A stretch of DNA of 64,000 bases, taken from NCBI GenBank assembly GCA_963674595.2, contig CAXXFV010000008.1, positions 128,001 to 192,000 on the forward strand, in the 5' to 3' direction. Each line of letters opens with the position of its first letter. Position 1 is the first letter of the stretch. Shown here one piece after another: positions 41,600-50,074 of this stretch. The position numbers were made by a program, and so were the translations under genes. The notes beneath the pieces were generated by a model. It ran no database searches. It was given only the letters and a program-made list of their open reading frames with translations, and was not told the origin of the DNA. The DNA comes from a bacterium. Its GTDB lineage: Bacteria > Zhuqueibacterota > Zhuqueibacteria > Residuimicrobiales > Krinioviventaceae.

Positions 41600-43156
41600 T
41601 TAATCGATTCCTTTTTTAATCTGTTCCATACGGCCCATGGGCACAGAAATGCGTTCCCGCCATTCCTGAAATAATGGAATATCTTTTGTTATAAATCCGG
41701 TTTGTTCTTTACGTTTGTTTGTAAGAGTATAAATTATAAATTTGAAACCGGCGGTAATTGATCGCCAGCCTTCTTTAGGAGAACGGAAAGCCTGGGCCAG
41801 TTTATAAAAAATGTATCTGGGCCTGAAATGGAATTTTTTAAATGCCTGTTCGCAGAATAATTCGATCTGGTCGGGAGACAAACCAGGCAGGTTAATGACA
41901 CAGCGGTGCCCGCCTTCATCGTTTAACCATTCATCAAAATTTTCTGTTGCCAGATAACCGTTGGTTTTATAATAGGCAAAAGCCCCGGTGCCGGGGTAGG
42001 GCATAACCGGATAAAACTGTGCGCTGTCCGGCTTTATTTTTTTTGCCAGTGCCAGGGTTTTTTGCATGGTTTCTTTGGTTTCTCCGGGAAAACCTACCAT
42101 AAAACATCCGTGCACCAAAAGTCCGAGTTGGTGAGCATTTTGAACAAATTTTGCCTGTATGGCCGTGTTTTGTCCTTTTCGCATGTTGCGTAAAATGATG
42201 TCATCACCGGATTCAAATCCGACGGCACAATTTCTTAATCCGGCCTCTTTGAGAGCCTTTAATGTTTCAAAATCAACAGTGGTCCTTAGATTGGCAAAAA
42301 AGGGCAGCTTTACATTTTTTTGTTTTACCAACTCTGCAAAATCCCTGGCAAACTGACGGTCGGCAGCAAAATTGTCATCTTCAAAAGTAATCTCTTTTAT
42401 TTCCGGCATGTTTTGCTGGACCCATAACATTTCGTCAACAATATTTTCCGCACTGCGATGACGATAGGCATGTCCGTGAACAACCTGCGGGTAGACACAG
42501 TAAAAGCAAACAGAGTTGCAGCCTCGTCCGCCAATGAGCATAACCATCGGCTGATAAGAGAGGTTGAAATAATAATCTTCGGGATTTAAAAAGCGTTTGT
42601 ATATCGGTGAAATCCAGGGGAGTTCGTCGAGGTTTTCTATTAAAGGACGATTGGGTGTACGCAAAATTTGGTCATTTGTACGATAAGCAAGACCCTGAAC
42701 GTTTTCAAGATTTTTGCTGTTTTGCAATGCATCCGCGAGTTCGGCAATCGTATAGTCATATTCACCAATGGCAACAAAATCAATTTCCGGCTGCCGTTCC
42801 AGTGTTTCCTGCCACATGGCGGTCACATGCGTTCCAACCATACAAATGTGGGAGATGTTTGCCGTGTTTTTCAGTTCGGCCGCGATACGGCAGTCCGAAT
42901 ACCAGCTCGCAGTTACAGATTCAATGATAACAAGGTCCGGATTGAATTTTTTAACAGCCTCTTTCAAATCATCCAAATTTTTACCGCTTGCCGGGCAGTC
43001 GACCAGATCAATGGCATGCCCATGTTTTTCCGCAAGCGCAGCGGCCTGGGCCAGCCAGTATGGATAATACATGGTACCTGATTTAATAATTCCCGGACTG
43101 CGCTGGGCCCGACTAAACCGTCCTAAATAGGGGGGATTTATAAACTGAATCCGCAC
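41600..43156 (-). CDS. Cobalamin-binding radical SAM protein (class B / HpnJ-like)
   Basis: N-terminal B12-binding region (VGTHVT, GEYD), GRGCNSVCFYC, FEDDNF, GFESG, FMVGFPGET, PYPGT. Confidence 0.88.
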   Translation of the reverse strand: MRIQFINPPYLGRFSRAQRSPGIIKSGTMYYPYWLAQAAALAEKHGHAIDLVDCPASGKNLDDLKEAVKKFNPDLVIIESVTASWYSDCRIAAELKNTANISHICMVGTHVTAMWQETLERQPEIDFVAIGEYDYTIAELADALQNSKNLENVQGLAYRTNDQILRTPNRPLIENLDELPWISPIYKRFLNPEDYYFNLSYQPMVMLIGGRGCNSVCFYCVYPQVVHGHAYRHRSAENIVDEMLWVQQNMPEIKEITFEDDNFAADRQFARDFAELVKQKNVKLPFFANLRTTVDFETLKALKEAGLRNCAVGFESGDDIILRNMRKGQNTAIQAKFVQNAHQLGLLVHGCFMVGFPGETKETMQKTLALAKKIKPDSAQFYPVMPYPGTGAFAYYKTNGYLATENFDEWLNDEGGHRCVINLPGLSPDQIELFCEQAFKKFHFRPRYIFYKLAQAFRSPKEGWRSITAGFKFIIYTLTNKRKEQTGFITKDIPLFQEWRERISVPMGRMEQIKKGID

Positions 43157-43165
43157 ATCGTTCTC

Positions 43166-44365
43166 CTACATGAATTTCACGTCTGATAAAAACAAATCAC
43201 AGCATCTGTAACAACTGGGGAGGAGCTTTCTTTTCTTTAATTCCAGACGGAATTTTCTGTACCGTTCTCCGTTCCAGATATCCATTAGATTGGTGTCGTT
43301 TATATTTCCGGCAATATAATCCGGAAAGTCCGGGCACGGCGTTACATCGCCGTTCGGCAGAATATAGGTTTTAACATATATGGAATAACAGGTATCGTGC
43401 CCGAATGTTTCATAAATGTTTTCATAATAAGTTGATACCTGTTCCGGTTTGATATAGGGTGACATGGAAACCGGCAAATCACCCGGATTATTTTGAAATT
43501 TTATCAGTTCGTTTTTAATACCTTCAAACTTGCTTCGTTTTTCCGGGTCCAGAATAACATCTGTTTCATAGGGAATCCATGACAGTGCTTCCGTATCAAA
43601 CACATTTTTCATAAGTTTTTGATAGGCTGTTCCGGTTTGTTTGGTGGTAAACCAGGTCCAGTTAAAATTCAAACTGTCTGCGCCAAGCTCTTTGGCAATG
43701 TCTGTGAGACTGTAAATATATTCAAAATTATAAGGACTGATTGTTCCCCGAACACGAATGATGGGGAATTTGCGGCCTTTTTGTTTTTTTTCAGTATCAA
43801 TTGCCACAATACCTTTTTTGATCAGATCGAATGTTCCTTTTAAACCACGGACCTGATCATGCACGTGCGGTGGACCGTCAATTGAAATAATTAAATCATC
43901 GAGGCCGGATTCAACAATTTCTTTGGCATATTTTTTCAGATAAAGTCCGTTGGTATTTACCTGACAAGTGATTTTTCTGCTTTTGGCGTGCTCAATTAAC
44001 TCATGAATCGGTTGATACATAAACGGTTCGCCGCCCCATAAATACAAATTGGGCCGATAGTGGCTGATCTGGTTTATGGTTTCTTTGTATCGATCAACAG
44101 AAACAGTCTGTTTGAAAAACGATGGCGGTGCATATTTCGCATCACCTTCTTTATGACCTTCGCGGGGTTGACCGCACATTTTACAGCGAAGGTTACAGGC
44201 ATTTGTCAATTTTATACCAACCGTACTGGGTGGACTGGCATAGCCGTTTTTGAAACGGAAATCCCATTTAGCTGTAACCTGATTACGTAGAGTAATTTTT
44301 GCTTTATTTATCGCCAGTCTTGGATTTTTAAGTGATAACCTGGCGAGTTTTTTTACAGTTCTCAT
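43166..44365 (-). CDS. Radical SAM protein with C-terminal SPASM/twitch domain
   Basis: CNLRCKMC, GGEP, TNG, ISIDG; C-terminal C..(PNGDVTPC)..GN..IWNG..CYRCC; ATG at 44365 with GAGG RBS. Confidence 0.88.
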   Translation of the reverse strand: MRTVKKLARLSLKNPRLAINKAKITLRNQVTAKWDFRFKNGYASPPSTVGIKLTNACNLRCKMCGQPREGHKEGDAKYAPPSFFKQTVSVDRYKETINQISHYRPNLYLWGGEPFMYQPIHELIEHAKSRKITCQVNTNGLYLKKYAKEIVESGLDDLIISIDGPPHVHDQVRGLKGTFDLIKKGIVAIDTEKKQKGRKFPIIRVRGTISPYNFEYIYSLTDIAKELGADSLNFNWTWFTTKQTGTAYQKLMKNVFDTEALSWIPYETDVILDPEKRSKFEGIKNELIKFQNNPGDLPVSMSPYIKPEQVSTYYENIYETFGHDTCYSIYVKTYILPNGDVTPCPDFPDYIAGNINDTNLMDIWNGERYRKFRLELKKRKLLPSCYRCCDLFLSDVKFM

Positions 44366-44456
44366 ACTTGTCCTCTGGGTCAAATATCAAAAAACGAATC
44401 TGCATTTTGATAAATATCAGTCAAAGATTTTGTTTAATTTATTAGAATGTGTATTT

Positions 44457-44816
44457 TTAGCACCCGCAGGAAGAGCCACATCCACATCCGCAACTATCCT
44501 GGACATTTGGATTTTCAAAGGTAAATCCACCTTCGTTTTCGCCCTGATAAAAATCCATTGATGCCCCGGTTAAAAAAGGTACGGATGCATTGTCCACGAC
44601 GACGGAAATACCATCGATTTCATAATTATGGTCAGAATCGTTTTTGTTATTATCAAATGACAACATATATTGAAAGCCTGAGCAACCACCAGGAACCGCG
44701 CCGATTCTCAAATAAACCGGTTTGTTCTCTTCCTGGTCTAACAATTTTTTAATTTCCACAATTGCTTTGGGCTTTATTGCTATTACCTGTTCCGGGACCT
44801 GTGAATTTTCAGACAT
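44457..44816 (-). CDS. iscA: A-type Fe-S carrier (IscA/ErpA/HesB family)
   Basis: GGCSGFQY, GFTFENPN, CGCG motifs. Confidence 0.88.
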   Translation of the reverse strand: MSENSQVPEQVIAIKPKAIVEIKKLLDQEENKPVYLRIGAVPGGCSGFQYMLSFDNNKNDSDHNYEIDGISVVVDNASVPFLTGASMDFYQGENEGGFTFENPNVQDSCGCGCGSSCGC

Positions 44817-44950
44817 ATTGACCTCTGGTTTTCTATTTAGTCGTTAAATTTTTGAAATTGCAGTTTAGAAATATAATGTAAACATATTCAACAAATAAGA
44901 CAAATTATTATTCCTGCCGGGGTATAGAATTTACTAAATTATCGTACAGC

Positions 44951-44979
44951 TTGATTTTCGTTTGAGAATTGTTTAACTT
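44951..44979 (+). promoter_or_regulatory. Putative sigma-70 promoter
   Basis: TTGATT-N17-TAACTT upstream of the m5C methyltransferase. Confidence 0.35.
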
Positions 44980-45005
44980 TATTGTTTGAAAAATTATAGG
45001 TTAAT

Positions 45006-46421
45006 ATGACAAATTCTATTGATACTGAATTAGAAAATTATTTATCTGATTTTTTTAAAGGCGATGTGCAGGCCTTTTATGATTCCTCTCTTGAGGCCAC
45101 GGCTGTTCGCGTTAATACTCTAAAAATTTCAAAACCGGATTTTATTAAAAAACTGGAAGGCTGGAACACTCTATTTTATTCTCATCCTTTTAATCCGACC
45201 GGTTTAATTTTGGACGATGAGCCGGTTCCCTTGAGTCATACTTTATCGTTTTTTACAGGTGAATTTACCTATCAGGGTATATCTTCGCAATTACCGGTAT
45301 TGGCCCTGGACCCGCAGCCGGGTGAAACAGTGCTGGATTTGGCGGCATCGCCTGGGTCCAAATCCACCCAAATAGCGGCCCACATGCAGAATAAAGGCAG
45401 GCTGGTCCTTGTTGATCCTTCGCTAAAACGTCAGCAATCTTTATTGGCGAATTTGGCGCGAATGGGCACTTTGAATGACATTGTTTTAAAAATGCCCGGT
45501 CAACAAATTGGCCGAAGGTATTTCGAGTTTTTTGACAGAGCGCTGGTCGATGCTCCCTGCTCTGCATTAAGCAAACTTCCCGGACAAATGGACCGGGGAA
45601 AAAAGTGGTCTTTTAATAATGTTAAAAAACTGATCAATATTCAATATCCGCTTTTGGTCTCTGCCATTAAAGCTGTAAAACCGGGAGGGACGCTTGTTTA
45701 TTCTACCTGCACACTTACCGTTGAGGAAAATGAGCAGCTTGTGGATTATGTATTAAAAAAGTATCCGGTGGAGGTTGTTGATATACAAAAGTGGGACCAT
45801 CCTAATATTTCAGATGGATTTGTTCAGTATTATACAAAAAACTTTGATCCGTCATTGGCAAAAGCAAAACGAATCCTGCCGGGTAAATACCCGATGGACG
45901 CTTTTTTTATCGTTAAACTGAGAAAAACTGATTCCATACCGGCACCGAAATACCCGCCTGTTGTAAATAAAATCCCATTAAAAAGGTATGATGATCCCGA
46001 AATACGACCGGTTTTACAATATATTTGTGATCGCTGGGGCATTGATTTGTCTGTTTTGAAACCTTATCATTACAATCTCACCCAGAAAAAACTTTGGTTG
46101 GTGCAAAACAGTTGGGAGTCTATTCCCATGGATGATTTGGTTAAAGCCGGATTAAATTTAGCCTACAAACGCGGTATAAGCTGGAAGTTGTCTAATTCCA
46201 GTGTACAGTTTTTAAAAAACAGCATTACAAAAAATATCATTTCATTGGATGATAAGCAAATGACCGAGCTTTTCTTTGCCGGCAAAATCAAATACCAGGT
46301 ACCCAACGAGGGATATTATGTTCTTAATTATGATAATGAAAATATTGCATCAATTTCTGTGGTTAACGGTATATTAAAAACGGATCGTCCTCATGTTTTT
46401 AAATTGACCCTTACAGGATGA
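45006..46421 (+). CDS. rsmF: RsmF/RsmB-NOP family rRNA m5C methyltransferase
   Basis: RVNTLK, VLDLAASPGSKS, LVDAPCS, LVYSTCT..EENE; RsmF-length C-terminus. Confidence 0.8.
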   Translation: MTNSIDTELENYLSDFFKGDVQAFYDSSLEATAVRVNTLKISKPDFIKKLEGWNTLFYSHPFNPTGLILDDEPVPLSHTLSFFTGEFTYQGISSQLPVLALDPQPGETVLDLAASPGSKSTQIAAHMQNKGRLVLVDPSLKRQQSLLANLARMGTLNDIVLKMPGQQIGRRYFEFFDRALVDAPCSALSKLPGQMDRGKKWSFNNVKKLINIQYPLLVSAIKAVKPGGTLVYSTCTLTVEENEQLVDYVLKKYPVEVVDIQKWDHPNISDGFVQYYTKNFDPSLAKAKRILPGKYPMDAFFIVKLRKTDSIPAPKYPPVVNKIPLKRYDDPEIRPVLQYICDRWGIDLSVLKPYHYNLTQKKLWLVQNSWESIPMDDLVKAGLNLAYKRGISWKLSNSSVQFLKNSITKNIISLDDKQMTELFFAGKIKYQVPNEGYYVLNYDNENIASISVVNGILKTDRPHVFKLTLTG

Positions 46422-46506
46422 TATTTAAGGAAATAACTGTTTTATTTTAATATTAAATTTTTGTATCTTTTATTTTATAGGAAATCAAGTATAGAGGATA
46501 TTTATA

Positions 46507-47559
46507 ATGATACAGGCAGATTCTGTAAAAAGTATGTATGACAAGATGAAGGAAAAACTGGCCAAGTTTGTTCCTGAAGCGGAAATGAAAATAAAAGCGG
46601 AAATTGCTTTTGAAATAAATCAGCTAAAAAAGGAAAAAAATGCTGTAATTTTGGGACATAATTATATGGAACCGGCGCTTTACCATACGGTGCCTGATTA
46701 TGTTGGTGATTCTTTGGAGCTTTCACGTAAAGCCGCAACAACCGATAAAGATATTATTGTTTTTTGTGGTGTACGTTTTATGGGTGAAACAGCGAAAATC
46801 CTGAGTCCTGAAAAGACGGTTTTGGTCCCGTCACCAAAAGCCGGTTGCTCTTTAGCGGAAAGCATTACGGCTGAAGACGTACGGCAGTTAAAACAACAGT
46901 TCCCCGGTGTGCCTGTTGTTACCTATATTAATACCTATGCCGATGTTAAGGCCGAAACAGATATATGCTGTACGTCGGGAAATGCCGTAAAAGTCGTTGA
47001 ATCATTGGACGCGGATGCGATTATTTTTTTACCGGATGAATTTTTAGCCGGCAACGTCGCTCAGGAAACCGGTAAGAAAATTATCTTCCCGACAAAAAAT
47101 CCGGCCAAAGTTAAAGAACAAACACCTGGCGTGGATTATCAGCTTATCGGATGGAAGGGCCGTTGTGAAGTACATGAACAGTTTACCGTACAGGATATTG
47201 AGAATGTTCGGAAACAATTCCCGGACACAGTTGTTTTAGCCCATCCGGAATGTCCGCCGGATGTTACTGCCGCAGCAGATTATTCCGGCAGTACATCTGC
47301 AATGATAAAATATGTGCAAGACTCAAATGCCCCGCGTTATCTTTTATTAACGGAATGTGCTATGGGCGATAATATAGCTGCTGAAAATAAAGACAAAGAA
47401 ATGCTGCGTTTATGCAGTATTCGATGTCCGCACATGAATGAAATTACGTTGGAAATGACGTTGGATGCATTAAAAAAGAACCAATATATTATTGAAGTAC
47501 CGGAAGAGATTAGAATACGTGCATTAAAATCAGTTAATCGTATGCTGGAGATTGGCTAA
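46507..47559 (+). CDS. nadA: Quinolinate synthase
   Basis: HNY, GDSL, FCGVRFM, AGCSLA, YINT, CCTS, CEVH, AHPEC, GSTS, CPHM. Confidence 0.95.
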   Translation: MIQADSVKSMYDKMKEKLAKFVPEAEMKIKAEIAFEINQLKKEKNAVILGHNYMEPALYHTVPDYVGDSLELSRKAATTDKDIIVFCGVRFMGETAKILSPEKTVLVPSPKAGCSLAESITAEDVRQLKQQFPGVPVVTYINTYADVKAETDICCTSGNAVKVVESLDADAIIFLPDEFLAGNVAQETGKKIIFPTKNPAKVKEQTPGVDYQLIGWKGRCEVHEQFTVQDIENVRKQFPDTVVLAHPECPPDVTAAADYSGSTSAMIKYVQDSNAPRYLLLTECAMGDNIAAENKDKEMLRLCSIRCPHMNEITLEMTLDALKKNQYIIEVPEEIRIRALKSVNRMLEIG

Positions 47560-48716
47560 AAAAGATTGCCAAAACTGGTATAAATGCCGAAATCTCTGTA
47601 GCGTGAACGCCCGATATCCAGAGAAGCGACAAAATCTTTTTTCCATTTTATGTGAAAACCCAAACCTTGAGTAAAGGTGAGGTTTTTAAGTGATTTGGAT
47701 TGATCTTTTGTCCAGACCCGTCCTGCATCAACAAAACCGTGCAGGTAGAATGTCAGATTCTGTTTCAATATGACCGTTTTTTTGACTTTAAATCGAAGTT
47801 CCATGTTGGCAATGAATTTATCCGGTCCTACAAATAAAAAGCGTGGAACGCCGCGCAAACTATAAGCGCCTCCTAATCCTTCACGCCGCATATAAGACCC
47901 GCTAATAACAGTCATCTCGTAAAATGGCGGGTTTCCAGGCATGGTTTCATATATTAACCGTTGTGCATAGACAAGACGTGGATGTAGTGCAAAGTACCGC
48001 CGGTAAGTGAGTGTTAAACGACTGTAATTAAAATCGCTGCCAAACAATGGTGCTGCCCGTTCAAAGATAATTTCACTCCAGTAACCGGATGTGGTAATAG
48101 CTTCATTGTCACGTCTGTCCAAAACCAGTCCCATTCGAGCATAGCCCGTATAACCGCCGTCAAGGCCGAACGGTAATATTTCCTTAAATCGGGACGGACT
48201 GTCATGCTGTGCGATGGTGGTGTAATATAATCCATAGCCGGTTAATGCTTTAAGGCCTTTTTTTAGACGCAACGGATATTGAAAATTAGCCATGATGGCT
48301 TTCCATTTGTGCTGGTAGGTATAATAATATTCATCAATATAATCCGGACTGTCAGGTTCTTTTAGTCCCCGATTGTAAACAATATCGTTGCCAATACCGT
48401 AAAAATCGTCATAAACGAGTTTTCGATATTCCATATAGAGGTCAAAACGAGTATCCGGGCCTAAAATATGAGGAACATCCAGGAAAAGAAATAAATCAAC
48501 ACGGTTTTTTGTGGATTGTGTCAGGTTGAAAGAAACGGTGTATTCATAAGGATTTTTATCACCTTTGCCATATTGATACATAAAAAGCCGACCGCCATAG
48601 CTCAGCCCCTCACCGGAACTGTAAGACATGGTGGGTAACCCGGCAAATGTTATTCCTGTTGGCGGCTCCTGGGCAAATAGTGAAAAAGGAAGGATTAGTA
48701 ATAAAAAATATTTCAA
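47556..48716 (-). CDS. Omp85/BamA-TamA family beta-barrel without POTRA domains
   Basis: Signal peptide; DRRDN, PPFYE..LGG..SLRG (VRGY-like loop), ELRF, FVDAGRVW, terminal F. Confidence 0.75.
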   Translation of the reverse strand: MKYFLLLILPFSLFAQEPPTGITFAGLPTMSYSSGEGLSYGGRLFMYQYGKGDKNPYEYTVSFNLTQSTKNRVDLFLFLDVPHILGPDTRFDLYMEYRKLVYDDFYGIGNDIVYNRGLKEPDSPDYIDEYYYTYQHKWKAIMANFQYPLRLKKGLKALTGYGLYYTTIAQHDSPSRFKEILPFGLDGGYTGYARMGLVLDRRDNEAITTSGYWSEIIFERAAPLFGSDFNYSRLTLTYRRYFALHPRLVYAQRLIYETMPGNPPFYEMTVISGSYMRREGLGGAYSLRGVPRFLFVGPDKFIANMELRFKVKKTVILKQNLTFYLHGFVDAGRVWTKDQSKSLKNLTFTQGLGFHIKWKKDFVASLDIGRSRYRDFGIYTSFGNLF

Positions 48717-49091
48717 ATGTTACCTCATAATTTTTGTGAAAAAAAATACGGATTATTTTTTTAAAATCGTAACAAAAAGTTTATTATTTTTATTAAATAT
48801 AGAAATTTGTTATTAAAATGAAAATTTAGTAATCATCATTTGAATTGTGAACATAATTACAATTACATGAGACCATACTACCAGTCTACTGATTTATTCG
48901 ATATACCTTTGCTTGCGACGAAAAATTCAAGTAATTTTAATTATTAAATAGACAATTAGGGATTATCGTGTCAATGTTACCGGCTTTTTACAATGAAAGG
49001 CACATATCACTATTAAACCAAATAATGACAACGATAATTTTTAATAAATAAAAGATTAACCATTTTTGATCTATAGAAAAGAGTCAGCGTT

Positions 49092-49904
49092 ATGAAACCT
49101 TTAGAACGACAAAAGAGCATTTTAAATTTGTTGAGAATTTTACATCGTGAATGGACCGTTGCAGAACTTGCACAAGAGTTTGATATATCGGAATTGACAA
49201 TCCGTAGAGATTTAACAGAATTAGCCGAAAGAGGGGATATTATTCGGACCCACGGAGGTTGTGTTGCTTTTGGTGACGGAGCCCTGAGTACTGTTTTTTA
49301 CAAACAGTTTGAACAGTCGTTTGAGGAAAAAAGAGAAATCGGCAAAGAGGCAACGCGGTTGATTAAACCTGGTGATACTATTCTTCTCGGTGATGGATCC
49401 ACTACATTTCAATTCGCTTCGCAATTGGAAAAATGTCCTCCAATTACAGTTTATACAAATAATATAGCAGCCATACAGCAATTGAAAATGGTACCAAATA
49501 TACGACTTTATCTTTTAGGCGGAGAATATGGTCATCAGTATAATATGCTGTATCTGAAAGGCAGCCTTTCTGATCGTATTTTAGAGACACTTCATTTTAA
49601 TCTTATCATTATCGGCACTGATGCTATAAATGATCAGGGCGAATGTTTGTCCTATAATGAAGAAGTGGCGCGTACCAATCAGCTCCTTTTGCGTCGCGGC
49701 GATAGAAAAATATTGTTGGCCGATCATGGAAAAATAAAAATTTCTGCGAATGTTATCTATGGAAAACTTGATGATTTCGATTTGTGGATTACTTCGCCCG
49801 GTATAGACCAGGAGCGATTAAATGTTTTTAAAAAACAGACAAAAATATCCGTTGTTAATGTTGAGAAGAAAAAGAATGAAAAGTTTCACCATCTTTTTGC
49901 CTAA
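49092..49904 (+). CDS. DeoR/GlpR family transcriptional regulator
   Basis: ELAQEFDISELTIRRDL HTH, RTHGG, EKREIG, GSTT, TNN, LADHGK. Confidence 0.92.
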   Translation: MKPLERQKSILNLLRILHREWTVAELAQEFDISELTIRRDLTELAERGDIIRTHGGCVAFGDGALSTVFYKQFEQSFEEKREIGKEATRLIKPGDTILLGDGSTTFQFASQLEKCPPITVYTNNIAAIQQLKMVPNIRLYLLGGEYGHQYNMLYLKGSLSDRILETLHFNLIIIGTDAINDQGECLSYNEEVARTNQLLLRRGDRKILLADHGKIKISANVIYGKLDDFDLWITSPGIDQERLNVFKKQTKISVVNVEKKKNEKFHHLFA

Positions 49905-49986
49905 ATTATATCAGATTGACAATGGGACAAACGGAGATAAAATTAAAAAAACTATTTTGTCCTGAACGGTCTCTCAGAAAATACAC

Positions 49987-50015
49987 TTGATTTGATCACT
50001 GAAATTAGTTACAAT
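49987..50015 (+). promoter_or_regulatory. Putative sigma-70 promoter
   Basis: TTGATT-N17-TACAAT about 60 bp before the ATG at 50075. Confidence 0.55.
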
Positions 50016-50074
50016 TATACAGTCGTGTGTACTGTGATTTGTACAAATAGAATTCAGTGACAATAGAGGTCGGA

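Noticed and set aside
41562-45005. RiPP precursor peptide for the SPASM enzyme
   Set aside because: No small ORF with an RBS in the short gaps and no evident RRE/PqqD domain
49996-50060. Long imperfect hairpin (TCACTGAA...TTCAGTGA) as a riboswitch
   Set aside because: Its 5' arm lies within the predicted promoter spacer so would not be transcribed; no known aptamer motif recognised
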